Positions 1 to 12,587 of a stretch of 64,000 nt of DNA are shown in pieces. Every line of letters starts with the position of its first letter. The first letter of the stretch is position 1. Below the pieces are notes generated by a model, which saw only the letters and a list, made by a program, of their open reading frames with translations, made no database searches and was not told where the DNA came from. The DNA is from Azolla caroliniana. Lineage: Eukaryota > Plantae > Polypodiophyta. A program made the position numbers and the translations under genes. The stretch is from contig JBHGNT010000003.1 of NCBI GenBank assembly GCA_043228905.1, forward strand, positions 4,898,001 through 4,962,000. Direction: 5' to 3'.

Positions 1-3000
1 ACATAATCGTAATCATCTAGTCTTGCATAAAAAATACCTTCGATGTAGAATGTCCCGGTAGATACAACATTTCCCCAAGCATCTAATATATTCTACGTTC
101 CACACTATTTACTAACCGTACACTTCAATATATAGAAATCAGCACCTTCTCAATTGCCTTCTTCTACATTTACAACAAAATTATCCCCAACATTTAAGAC
201 ATCACTCAGAGTATCTCCACATCCTTGATATGTGAAGTCAACATTCTTTTCTGTTTCCCCATCAACTGCTTCCTTATCGTTCAATGTATGATACTCCCAA
301 TTTTGAATATATGCTTTGTTTAAACAATACCTCCAATTTCCCTACACACAATGGATGCAAAAACAAGTTAATTCTCTAACCGCTATACAATGACCATCCA
401 ACCTAGAATAACCGCGAACAACATGGAGAGATCGCAATTCAGGAATTCCTTGGCACTCCCAGGTCTTCTCCCTATTTACTTCATCTATCTTCACTTCCCA
501 AAATTCACGTTTGATATCTCAGACCTGCGAGGAATAAACACCAGTTGCACTCGTTGACATATTAGCTCTTAAAAATTCAACTACATGTGTTGCACAATTC
601 ATCTGCACACCATCTGCCTTTAGTTGTTCATGGGTAAGTGTCCGCTTTATAATAGCACCTGCACCATCATGTTCACCTTTACCATGGCCAGACCCAAAAA
701 AATTGCATCTCATCTCCAAACCTGTTATAGCAGGATACCTCCCCACAAAATAAAATGGACGTCTAGCCTTGAATTGTGACGTAGCTCCATCAGACTAGAC
801 CCAATGTTGAGTAAGCTCCAAACGTTTAGCTAATAACCATTGCCAATGTAAGTTAAAACAATGTTGGACGAACAAGGTGTCATGCTTCTTATCATCAGAA
901 ATAAAAAAATGAATTACTTTTTTAACATCACTTGAAACTCGAAAATATGTTATGTGCACAAAAATGGTTACCTGCGTTGAACACCAATGCATAGATTGAA
1001 TTTCATTCTACTGCTTAAATGTATAATTCCCTGTGAAATCTACTACTGAGCCTACTACATCATTTGGAAAATCAGATATGCAAGTCTTAAACTGATGGGC
1101 TTTCCATGAATAAATGAAGTTGTGTTTAATGAACTTTCCTAGAGATACTACAAATAGAGACGCCAAATCCCTTGGTTTAAGCAACTTCCTAACTAGATCC
1201 TTTCTTTTTCACACCTTTCCTTCGAAATTGGTGTCAACTGACTCAAATAACTTGACAGAGATTAGTATTTCACTACTCAATTCATTTGGACACCACTTAA
1301 ATCTACTAGGGCCACAATCTTGACATAAAACCATGACACATTTATGACTGTGGAAGATGGCCTCAATTTCTGTCGGACACAATACTGAATCTAAAAGAAA
1401 ACTCATGGAAGAGATAACATGCTCAGATGATTTATAGTCCTCATGCAGGCTCGATCGACAAATTGGGCACACACAAGTGCAAACTGCATTTGTTAGGGAG
1501 GTGCTATGGTGACGTAGTAGATTAACAAAGTCCTTGAGAAAACCCATTTGTACATGGTAAATGCAACAACATGTGTATCGATCCTTCAAGCATCTCACAA
1601 AGTGTGGCTTAAGAAACTCGAATGTTCGTAGTTGAACTTTGATATTTGGATGCATTCGCCTGAACCTAATAAATAAATCGACCTACATATTAAAATGGAA
1701 ATATTGATTAGCTCTATAGCTAAGTGGTAGCTAATTAGCTACTATCAAACATTAGTTGAGTAGCTAATTAGTTAACTAGTAGCTAATTAGCTACTACCAT
1801 AGTTTAATACATTAGCTAAGTGGTAGCTAATTAGCTACTACCATACTTTAGTTGAGTAGCTAATTAGCTACTACCATAGTTTAGTACAGTAGCTAATTAG
1901 CTAAGTGGTAGCTAATTAGCTACTACCATAGTTTAGTCCAGTAGCTTGTTAGCTAAGTGGTAGGTAATTAGCTACTACCATACTTTAGTTGAGTAGCTAA
2001 TTAGCTACTACCATAGTTTAATACATTAGCTAAATGGTAGCTAAATAGTTTATTACAGTATATAATTAGCTAAGTGGTAGGTAATTAGCTACTAGCATAG
2101 TTTAATACAATAGCTAATTAGCTACCATCATAGTTGAGTACAGTAGCTAATTAGCGAAGTGGTAGCTAATTAGTTACTACCATAGTTTAGTACAATAGCT
2201 AATTAGCTACTAGCATACTCTACTAATTAGCTATTTTGATATACTTAGGGAGCTAATTAGCTATTTTGGTAGCAACTAGTAGTAATAGCTAACTAGCTAC
2301 TAGTAATAGCTAATTGCTAACTAGCTACTAGTAATAGCTAATTAGCTATTACTAGTAGCTAGTTAGCTATGGGCATATTTTGAGGTAGGTAATTAGCTAT
2401 TCGGTTATGGTCATATTCAGAGGTAGCTAATAAGCTAACTAACTAAGCTCAAAAGTCAAAACAAATGTTGAGATAAATGTAAATACCTGAGGTACATCAA
2501 GAGGATGAATGGGATGCTCCTCGCATTGACTCCTTCCAACATGTTTCCTGCATAAATCCCTCTTGGTGGGTGAAGCCCTACTCTCATTAGTCCAAAATAT
2601 TGTGATTATATCCTTGATTTCTGATGTTATGGGTGTCATTGGCTTACATCTTGTTGTTAGCTTTAGCAGACTAGTTCCTTCACCCAAGGAAACTATTCGG
2701 TTCAATGTATTGTACACACTTTTTCTACTAACACCAATTACCTTAGATAGCACACAGATGTTAATATCGTCAACATCACTATTAAGTAACATCATTAGAC
2801 TAGACCTTTTTAAGACAAGATCATCTTCTGACCTGCTCATGGATACGAAACTATTACAAAGATTATTTAAGACCATCACAATCAACTAACTCCTTTATCG
2901 ATGGATCATTTAATATTCCATAAAGTACTACCTTCTTGTCTTCATTGTTGATGTGCTTGGTTTGAACATTGAAATAGTCTACAACCTTTCTCTCTATGAT

Positions 3001-3224
3001 AGTAGTCTCATTACTTCCATTCTCAGTGATATTTAGACCTATATCCCAACCAATACTACCTTTACCTTTAGTGAGTGTGGCTTTCATATCCTTCAACAAT
3101 TGACAATGTTTTCTTCTTCTTTTTCTACCCAATACTTTCGTATCACTTGTTGTGTCATGATAGCGTCATCCCTATCTCGATGATCATTGAGGGGTAATTC
3201 TAAACACCCTCCTTCCCCTTCCAT
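1..3224 (-). pseudogene. Sola2-like DDE transposase pseudogene (at least two exons; intron ~1683-2486)
   Basis: Fragments in several frames: FEFLKPHFVRCLKDRYTCCCIYH, DFTGNYTF..EIQSMHWCSTQVTIFVHITY, SDDKKHD, SDGATSQFK, FFGSGHGKGEHDGAGAIIKR, the motif series I recognise from Sola2 transposases. In-frame stops and frameshifts are present. A GT..AG intron spans the AGCT-rich repeat. Confidence 0.72.
1705..2445. repeat. Degenerate AGCT/TAGCTAATTAGCTA-rich tandem repeat in the Sola2-like transposase intron
   Basis: Many copies of tagctaattagctactaccatagtttagt and variants, with palindromic core TAGCTAATTAGCTA. Confidence 0.9.
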
Positions 3225-3384
3225 TTGGCTTGACGAGTTTAAACCCTAATTTTCCCGAAAAAAAAGACACGTATTAAAGATGGCTATGGGCAACAACTAT
3301 ACACAAAAATATTCCGCATTACACAAGATTATACAGAACAATACACAAGATAATCAATAGACAGAATAGTTACTCAAAACCAAG

Positions 3385-4335
3385 ACCGAACAATAGTGGT
3401 AATCTAGGCCCGAATAGTGGTGGCAACTGAGTGTAGAATGGCGGTAGTGGAGGAGTGAACTCTGTTTGATCGAACTGTTTTGACAATCCTGGACAGAACA
3501 ATGGCGACAACTAGGTGTAGAAGGATGGCAATGGAGGAGTGAATTCCGTCAGATCGAACAATGGCAGATGGTGCTTGGGACGCACAGTGACGACAACTGA
3601 GAGTAGAATGGCAACAGTGGAGAAGGAGTGAACTCCTTCGGATAAAAAAGTGGTAGCAATACACCACCGAACAGTAGCAGCAACTAAGTGTAGAATGATG
3701 GCAATGGATGAGTGAACTCTATCAAATCGAACAGTGGCAGATGATGCTTGGAACACACAATGACGACAATTGTGACTACAATGGCGGTAGTGGAGAAGGA
3801 GTGAACTCTCTCAAATCGAAAAGTGGCAACAATACACAACCGAACAGTAGCGGCAACTAAGTGTAGAATGATGGCAATGGATGACTGAACTCCGTCAAAT
3901 CGAAAAGTGGCAGCAATCCAGGACCGGTCACCGAATAGTAGCGGCAACTGAGTGTAGAATGATGGCAATGGACGAGTGAACTCCGTCAGATCGAACAGTG
4001 GTAGATGATGCTTGGAACGCACAGTGATGGCAATTGAGAGTAGAATGGTGGCAGTGGAGAAGGAGTTAATTCAGTCAGATCGAAAAGTGGCAGTAATATA
4101 CGAACTTCACAGTAGCAGCAACTGAGTGTACAATGGCGATAATGGAGGAGTGAACTTGGCAAATGATGCTTGTATTGAACAATGGCCACAACTGAATGTA
4201 GAATGGCGGCAATGGAAGAGTGAACTCCGTCGGATCGAACAGTGGCAGATGATACTTAGACCACTCAGTGTCGGTAACTAAGTGTAGAATGGCGGCTATG
4301 GAGGAGTGGACTCAATAGGGTTTAGCAACAGTGGT
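3385..4335. repeat. ~85-bp degenerate tandem repeat upstream of the Sola2-like transposase
   Basis: About 11 units of caactgagtgtagaatggcggcaatggaggagtgaactccgtcagatcgaacagtggc; accounts for the repetitive ORFs at 3404-4189. Confidence 0.88.
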
Positions 4336-6679
4336 AGTAATCTAAGCCAGAATACTCAACCAAAGATGGCCCACATGATGTGGCAAAGGATCATGCATAC
4401 TGGACCTAGGAATTCGATATATAATTTATGGTGCACATATCAATTTATGTTGCACGTTTATGTTGCACATTTATGGTGCTCATTTATATAATTAAAACTC
4501 TCTACTATTTTCAATGGTAGCTTTTTGCATAGCTAATTTATTAATGGTAGCTTTTTGCAAAAATGACTATTTATCAATGGAAGCATTTTGCATAGCTAAT
4601 TAGCTATGTCAAGGACATGGCTAATTGTTTCCACTCGCATGCTTTCACCCATGTAGTATATTTCCTCATAAGTAAATCAATATTTAATAGAAGAATTAAA
4701 AAGTATATATATGTAATCAAATTGAGCACAAGGATTCTATTAGGCTAATTCCTACATCTTATCAAATTCTTAAATCTCATCCCTAATGTCATAGATTACA
4801 TCCCTAATAAGTTTTTATATCATTTATATGGTTTCTTCCTACTCACCTTGTAGAATGCATTGAATTAGATTCTCTAGGCGTAGCCTAGATTTTCAAATAG
4901 TAAAAAACAGGAATGAACATATCAAGAAGAGCAAGATCTATAAACGACATAGCTACTTCAACAAACCCTTAGAGGATGTGGGCTTGTGAACTTGCTCATG
5001 AGCTTCAACTACATCAAGGGAATGAGACAAGCATAAATGTGTTTCTTCAACTAAGAGATCTATGGAAATTATTAGTGTGTGTGACTCCATTGAAATAGTG
5101 TGTGTGACTCCAGTCAAGGACATCTTGGTTAACATATTTCAAAAAGCGTTCCAAAGCATTACAATAGGGTTCTCTTATGACATCTGATCTCAACTTATTT
5201 GTGCAGATCTCTTGACAAGTCTCTTATTCCATGCAATACCTTAAAGATCTACGCTGGAACTCCAATATGAAAACTACAAAAATTATATGAAGAGAGAAAG
5301 AAAGACACAACTATAATCTGAAAGGGAACATGATATTTAAATCCATGCAATGCCTTGAAGATCTATGGTACCAAATGTTGTTACACTAAATTAATAAAAT
5401 CAAACTTCACAAGGTGAACTTAGTGTATGTGAAACCTTTTTTTTATAACTAAGTGGGGCCTAACCAAACAAGAGAATAGAAGAGATAGTTATTGCCTCGG
5501 AGGGGATCTTCTTTTTCTTTTATTGTCTTTGTAGTGTAAACCCCTAATGTCACATAAGCGATAGAGGGTAAAAAAAGCCAACACTTGGTGATGACATGTA
5601 AAATCGATAAAATCCCTCATCTTTCCTCGCATTCATTTATTTGTGTTTTGACATTAAAAACTATAGTTAAAATCAATGGAATTCCTTCTTTTCTCATTCA
5701 TATTGAACATATTTGTCATTGGGACATGAAAATATGGTTTCAATCTATTAGAATATTAATACTAGAAATAAGACGTTATTATAAATAACAAGTATATTAT
5801 AAATAAAGAAATAAGAATAACTAATGTAACCACCTATTAACGTAACTTTTGTTCACACAACATTTAGTTACAAAGTTATATTCATGTGAGTTTTGATCAC
5901 AATGAACATTCCAATTACAAACTTCCCAATGACCTTGTTGGAGTTGGATATATAGGCTATGTTATTTTAAGAGGTAGGTCTACGGGTAAATTCATTACTG
6001 GAAAGACAAAAATGCCCCTTACCTCATTCATTCATTCATTCATCATTAACGTATATTTGTGTGTCGGTAATGGGAATTATACAATGATATATGTTAATGT
6101 CGAGCATAGTTTTATAACTTTACTTTCTATGTTTTTGAATCTTCTACTTACCTACGGAACCCTTTTTCCTATAATTGGCCCACGAGATGACCTACATATT
6201 ATCCTAATTTCCTTAGTGACCAAGCAAAAAGTCATGCAAAGGGAAAGGAAACACGACAATAAATTGAAAAGACAAATAATACGCGGAGACTTTCGAGAGA
6301 CGACAAAGATGCTAAAAGGAAATGCAAATGGCATGTGCATCAATCAATGAAATTCGTCTTTTTCTCACTCATATGGAATATGTTTATGTGATTTGAACCA
6401 TTCAAATATAGTTTGAAGTGCATTTCATCAAACACTCTAATGAAGAAATCAGCTTTAGGCTTTAGCTATGGAACATTCTAATGAAGAGATGAACTTTAAC
6501 TATCCTTCTATCCACCTCAGTGCATCAAAAGATCAACTTTTTGGATGGCTCCAAAAGTGGATATTAATTTGCATTAACTTTTCTCAGATCAACCAAGTTG
6601 ATGAGAAAGCTCAACTAAGTGGTGCCCAAAGAGCGAAGGGAAGGGAGACAAAGCCATCATATAATACCTCATAAATACC

Positions 6680-7715
6680 AAATAATTTCATTGATCTCCT
6701 TGGTTCCGAGAATTATGAGGAAGTTCTTGTGTCATATAAAGCATGGCTTCAGGCAGTGGAAGAAGCCTTATCAAGTAAGAATAATGATGTCAATATTTCT
6801 AGAGAACAACAAAATCAACAAAATGTGATCATGACTAGCCTCAAAAATAGCCTAGTGCAAGAGGATCCAATATCAGAAGATCAACCAATTGAGGTATATT
6901 GTTGCAAGCACATGGCAAAGGAAATCAAAAGTTTACACCCTAAGTTAGATGTCATCCTTCATACGGTGGATGACACTCAAAAAGAGGTTTTAAAGCTACA
7001 TGATAAGCTGGATCAAGTGACCAAGAAGCTAGGCGAAATGCATAAAGAACTTCAATGTATAAGGAATGAGGTTATGAACAAGGTTGAGAAGGTACTGAAA
7101 ATGGTATTAGAGAATGAGGCTGAGAATCAACTCCCTTGTGTTGCTCTCCTTACAACAAAATTTCCTGAGTCAATGTTTGAGACACTTTTGAGATGGGTGC
7201 CTCGAAATCTTGGAGGAGAAATTTTAAGAATCCAGTTATATTGTGAGGATAAAAATTTGCCACACCCAGTGGAAAACCAACTTGGTATCACCCTCACTTC
7301 TTTGTCAGAGTCTCATTCAAAGTATCTAGACAACGCTCTTCCATATATCAATGGTCTCTTTAATTTTTTGACTATAGCTGCTAGACTCGGGATTTCCTCT
7401 GTGGCACCCCTTGCAAGCTCTTTAATACCTGATTGGACACCCCACCTTAAACTAGCAAAACAATACCCAATGATAGAAAGTACTTTGAAATAAAAAAAAG
7501 ATACATATAGTCTAAGTACACTAGACTCTTCTTCCAAAGAGTGGCAAAAGTGCTTGGCATCCATATTGATGGAGAAGGGAGGTTTGACAGACCAAAACAT
7601 AGCTAAGAAGTTTTGCCTCCAACGTGCCATCTATTATGAAGCTGAAGGGAGGACTCGAGTTGCATGGTTATGCAAGACACACTACAGAGGACAACAACCT
7701 TTTTCGTTAGGTTGA
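6680..7715 (+). pseudogene. 5'-deleted fragment of a TORNADO1-like Roco gene (C-terminal part only)
   Basis: Near-identical to 61436-62471. Fused directly to upstream intergenic DNA at CAAATAA; premature TAA at 7491-7493. Confidence 0.9.
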
Positions 7716-7938
7716 ATTACATCGTGTTGTGTGGATTTGAATTGACAAAATTCTCTCATTGGTTTGGAATTAGGTATACTTTTATTGTAAACTTGCGTCT
7801 GTTCCTTCATGAAACCTAGATGGGCTTTTATAACTTAAAAATAATTGTCCCAATTTAGGACTAATGTTGATGTCCCTTCATGAAACCTAGATGGGCTTTT
7901 ATAACTTAAAAATAATTGTCCTAATTTAGGACTAATGT

Positions 7939-8438
7939 TGTCACGGACATGACAATAGTAATGTCAAGATTTGAACTCTTGACCACTTGTGTTAAAATCA
8001 AGGGTTATGTTCTAACCTATAGATCCAAATACATGTTGATATTGTATATATGTCAATAGATTATTAGTAGATTGTCTATTTCAAGTTCTAGGAGTTTTTA
8101 GAAAGTTCTAGAACGAGAAGGTTATAGAGGAATTAAGAATATTCTAATGCATGTGCTTTGACTCACAATATAAAACTTGTAACCTCCGAGGTCCCTTTCT
8201 AGGGATTCAACACCAGTCATTGACACATCAATATAGTATTATCGTTTCGCCTCATCTTGTCTCCTTGATCTTCATCTTTGTCTTCACGCTCTCCATAGCT
8301 TCCTAAGTTTATAGTCTCATCTTGCACAACTTCTAGAGTTCCTAGCCTTGTCACTTCCTATTCCACATTCTTAGCTTTATCAATCATAGCCTTGTCATCT
8401 ATGCTCCATCATGGTCAGCGGTTGGTGTGTCCATGACA
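7939..8438 (+). mobile_element. Solo LTR (500 bp)
   Basis: Termini TGTCACGGACA...TGTCCATGACA; flanks AATGT/CATGT (5-bp TSD with one mismatch; CATGT preserved in the partial duplicate at ~62619); internal TATA-like caatataaaacttgtaacc; absent from paralogous 3' flanks (~32970, ~51075). Confidence 0.7.
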
Positions 8439-8879
8439 CATGTCTAGCTTATTAGTGAATTTTTACGAAGTGTATAATGTCTTTTTTTCTAATCAATGTG
8501 TCTCTTCTAGGTATGTTACATTGAATGCATTTCTTTTTAACATAATGAAACCTTTCAAGATGGGTTTAAAGTAATAAAATTATGTAGTAGACTTAATAAA
8601 CAAAACGAGTCCTCTCCCTCTTAAAAAATCACCTATCCTAGCAAAGAAATTATTTGATGCAATAATGTGGCTTAATTAATCTTCTAAATGATCTAAACAA
8701 CATATGAAGGTACAAAAAATGAGCAAAACATTCTTCCACTAATTAGGTACCACAATCTTAACCTTGCGACAAAGTAGTTAACACCAATCTATTACAGAGA
8801 GAGAGAGGGAGAGATGTTGTGGAATAGATTAGATACTTGATCATCCATATTGATAAGGCTAATTTTGACCTATGCGACT

Positions 8880-8932
8880 TGTAAAGAATCGGGCATGATT
8901 CTTGTGCAGCAGAATAGGTTAGAGATGTGTGT

Positions 8933-9024
<92 letters not shown>

Positions 9025-9330
9025 GAGAGAAAACAAAAGATAGATTAGAGAGACAATAGAATACTCAAGAAGATGTATATTACAAAGGAGATTAATCGAC
9101 CTAAATTACAAAGTAGGAGGAGAGTGCTTTATATAGTCACTCTCTCTATTCATTAACTACCGAAGCTCATGGGTCATGGGGAATATGAAAACTCATTAGT
9201 TATGTGTCATAGAATATGATTCTATGACACATAGTTAATGTGTACATAAGAGTGGTGACTTTTGACCTTTGAGTGCACACTCTCAAGGTTGTGTTCACAC
9301 ACTAGACTAGGTTGAGCTTGATTCTCAACA
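8880..9330 (-). repeat. 3' LTR of the copia element (contains a (TG)n(AG)n microsatellite)
   Basis: TGTAAAGAATC...GATTCTCAACA imperfect inverted ends; PPT AGCTTGAGGGGGCG immediately internal (9331-9344, minus strand); TATA-like ctatataagc on the minus strand. Confidence 0.85.
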
Positions 9331-9357
9331 CGCCCCCTCAAGCTCAACTTTGGTCGG

Positions 9358-11723
9358 CTACTTCGGTTGATGTCTGCTTTGGCTCGTATGTTCGGACGGT
9401 ATTCGGTACATCCGGCTCGTATTCCCCCTCAAGCTTAGCAAGTCAAGGACCGCCAATCCAAGGTCTGATAGGAATTGCCCAAGTTTGTCGGCTCCTAGGG
9501 CTTTGGTGAAGATGTCGGTTGTCTGAAGATTCGTAGTGATATGTTGAAGGTCGAAATCGCCAGCCTGAACACGCTCTCGAATGAAGTGATAGTGTACTTC
9601 GATATGCTTCGTGCGTGCGTGGAACACCGGGTTCCGAGCCAGATAAATATTGCTCATGTTGTTGCAGTAAAGGAGAATCGGATCTTTGATGGGAACTCCC
9701 AGATCCTTTAATATCCTCTTGAGCCATACAGGTTCACATGTAGCCACCACTGAGACCCTGTATTCGGCCTCTGTGCTCGAAAGAGCGATGGTTGGTTGCT
9801 TCTTGCTACTCCAGGAGATGGCTCCACTTCCGAGGGAGAAGATGAAACCAGAGGTTGATCGTCGGTCGGCTTTGTAGCTTGCCCAGTCAACATTTGTGTA
9901 CCCCTCGAGTTGAATTGGCGTGACCGACTTATAGAGAATTCCATAGTCCATCGTTCCGCTCACGTATCGTAGCACTCTCTTAGCACAATCCAAATGGATA
10001 TCTCGTGGCGTTTGCATGAACTGGTTAAGAAGGCCGACCGGATAGCTCAGGTCTAGTCGAGTGATCGTGAGGTAGATAAGAGTACCGATCAGTTGTTGAT
10101 ATTGAGTCGGCTCACACTCTGTGGTGCCAGAATTGGCATTTAGTTTGGGGTTTCAGTCGAGAGGTGTTGCCACAGCCTTGCACTCAGTCATCCCGAACTT
10201 ATATAACAAGTTGAGAATGTAGTGCCGTTGGGAGATTATAATCCCGGCTGGAGTCCGAATTACCTCGATGCCAAGGAAGTAGTGGAGCTCTTTCATGTCT
10301 GTCATCTCGAATTTGTTGGAAAGGAGGGATTTGACCTTGTTGATGTCGACTAGATGCTCACCTCCAATGACCAAATCATCCACGTACAGGATGATGATTG
10401 GACTTTTAGAATCACTTCTTACATAGAGAGAAATGTCGGATTTTGACATTTGGAAGCCGATTTGATGAAGATATTGTGTTATCTTCAAGTGCCAAGCACG
10501 TGGTGCTTGCTTTAGGCCGTAGAGAGGCTTCTTGAGTCGGTAGATGGCTTTCGGATGAATGTTGGATTCGAAGCCGGGTGGTTGTATCATGTACACCTCC
10601 TCTTCTAATTCACCTTGAAGAAAGGCGTTCTTGACGTCTATTTGGTGGAGGTGCCACCCTTTCGCCACTGCAAGTGCGATCACGATCAACACAATCGTCA
10701 TCTTTGCCACCGGGGCAAAGGTCTCTTCATAATCGACTCCATGTGTTTGTGCGTAGCCCTTTGCTACGAGTCGAGCTTTGTAGCGGTTGACGGAACCGTC
10801 GGCATTATACTTCACTTTGTATATCCATCTGCAGCCAATTGCCTTCTTGTGCGGTGAGTGAGGACGAGATCCCATGTCTCATTCTTGCTGAGGGCTTGCA
10901 TCTCCACGTTCATCGCTTCGACCCATCATGGATCTTTTGCGGTTTCGGCAAAGCTCTCTGGTTCTCGAACAGCTGCCACCTTCATCATAAAGGCATAGTG
11001 GTATGCCATATAGTCGTTGTAGCCAAATCGGCTAACCAGATTCTTCTCTCGGGTGGAGTGAGGGAGTTTCTCATTTGCTGATGTGAGTGCTTTCTCAACT
11101 CCGGGTGACCTCATAAGAGGCACATTAAAGCCATCGAACTCACTATCGAGTGAATGAGTTGATTTGTTGCTGTCAAAGTGATCGTCTTCATATTTTGGCA
11201 TTTTGACCTTCCCTTTGTTCATCTTTGGACTTGGCTGAGATGAGTTTTGGTTGCTCAGAGGCTCTTGTCGTCCGCTCAATCTGGTTAAGATCGGACTCTC
11301 TTCGAGTATTGACCTTAGTTTATCATTGTCTTCTGTGTTTTCAAGGTCATTCGTAGATGGTTCGGGAGGAGTCGGCTCGAGTTTGTACCATGATGTCGAT
11401 TCATCAAAAACAACATCCCAACTTACACGAGTCTTCCGAGTAGAGGGGTTGAAGCACTTGTACCCCTTTTGCTCCAGTGAGTACCCCACGAGGATGCACT
11501 TCTCTGATTTTGGGTCAAGCTTTTGCTGCTTCTCATCGGGAATGTGTACATTTGCAATGGAGCCGAATATCCTTACATGGGATAGATCCGGCTTCTTCCC
11601 ATAGTATTTCTCGTGTGGGGTGACCCCGTGCACTCCGGATGTTGTGCACTGGTTCATGAGGTAAACGGCAGTATTTGCAGCTTCTGCCCAATATGACTTG
11701 GGCATATACTTCTCATTTAGCAT
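9358..11723 (-). pseudogene. Copia pol remnant (integrase C-terminal part, reverse transcriptase, RNase H), frameshifted
   Basis: YWAEAANTAVYLMN, KLDPKSEKCILVGYS; YKARLVAKGYAQTHGVDYEETFAPVAK, DVKNAFLQG, LYVDDLVI; WSSKKQPTIALSSTEAEY, HARTKHIEVHYHFIRE. Split over ORFs 10926-11723, 10153-10875 and 9358-10017. Confidence 0.95.
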
Positions 11724-12229
11724 GACTTGGGCATATACTTCTCATATACTTGGGCGCTATGGTGACGCAGTACATTAACAGAGTCCTTGAGAAAACCCAT
11801 TTGTACATGGTAAATGAAACAACATGTGTATCGATCCTTCAAGCATCTCACAAAGTATGGCTTAAGAAACTCGAATGTTCGTAGTTGAACTTTGATATTT
11901 GGATGCATTCGCCTGAACCTAATAAATAAATCGACTTACGTATTAAAATGGAAATATTGATTAGCTCTATAGCTAAGTGGTAGTTAATTAGCTACTATCA
12001 AACATTAGTTGAGTAGCTAATTAGTTAACTGGTAGCTAATTAGCTACTACCATACTTTAGTTGAGTAGCTAATTAGCTACTACCATAGTTTAGTACACTA
12101 GTTAATTAGCTAAGTGGTAGATAATTAGCTACTACCATAGTTTAGTCCAGTAGCTTATTAGCTAAGTGGTAGGTAATTAGCTACTACCATACTTTAGTTG
12201 AGTAGCTAATTAGCTACTACCATAGTTTA

Positions 12230-12265
12230 AACACGTTCGCGTTCACAAGTGGAAGGATCGCGCAT
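12230..12265 (+). repeat. Left TIR of nested transposon
   Basis: Reverse complement of 21156-21191 with one mismatch. Confidence 0.95.
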
Positions 12266-12587
12266 AAATGGAAGGATAAGGGAAATTTTAGGGGTTTTTC
12301 AATGATTTTACAAAACACATTGATACCAGTATCATACATGTTCAAACATACTATGAAAAAGGTTAAAAATCCACTATTTTCGTGATTTAGAAGTAACTAA
12401 AAAAAGACGAATTTCAAAAAGATACATTCTCAATTTATATCACAAACTTTACAACCAATGTTATTTTATAAGAAACGATTTTTTAGAAATCATAAGAATT
12501 CAAAACACATGATTTTATATTACTCGATTTGTTACAAGCGGAATGTAGTTACACTTAATAGCCAAATATACATTCATGATCACTCCT

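Larger units (their letters stand above)
1..4650 (-). mobile_element. Sola2-like DNA transposon, copy A (decayed; far end lies outside the window)
   Basis: Terminus at 4650 reads GGGTGAAAGCATGCGAGTGG on the minus strand (GRG start typical of Sola2). It is followed by ATGTAGTATATTTCC, which is also present without the element at ~53597 (empty site). Contains a Sola2-type transposase pseudogene and internal tandem repeats. Confidence 0.7.
8880..11723 (-). mobile_element. Ty1/copia LTR retrotransposon, 5'-truncated (3' LTR plus partial pol)
   Basis: LTR at 8880-9330, PPT adjacent, pol fragments in copia order INT-RT-RH; gag/protease and 5' LTR missing (junction at ~11750). Confidence 0.93.

Noticed and set aside
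3404-4189. Protein-coding ORFs with repeated LPLFDLTEFT motifs (also 22488-23407)
   Set aside because: Products of the ~85-bp tandem repeat, open in several frames; no independent coding evidence.
7313-7630. Recurrent antisense ORF MARWRQNF (also 50591, 62069, 32579)
   Set aside because: Shadow of the conserved Roco coding strand; recurrence is explained by duplication.
8815-8879. Copia LTR starting at TGTTGTGG (8815)
   Set aside because: This stretch is also found in the copia-free paralogous flank at ~51498-51555; the LTR starts at 8880.
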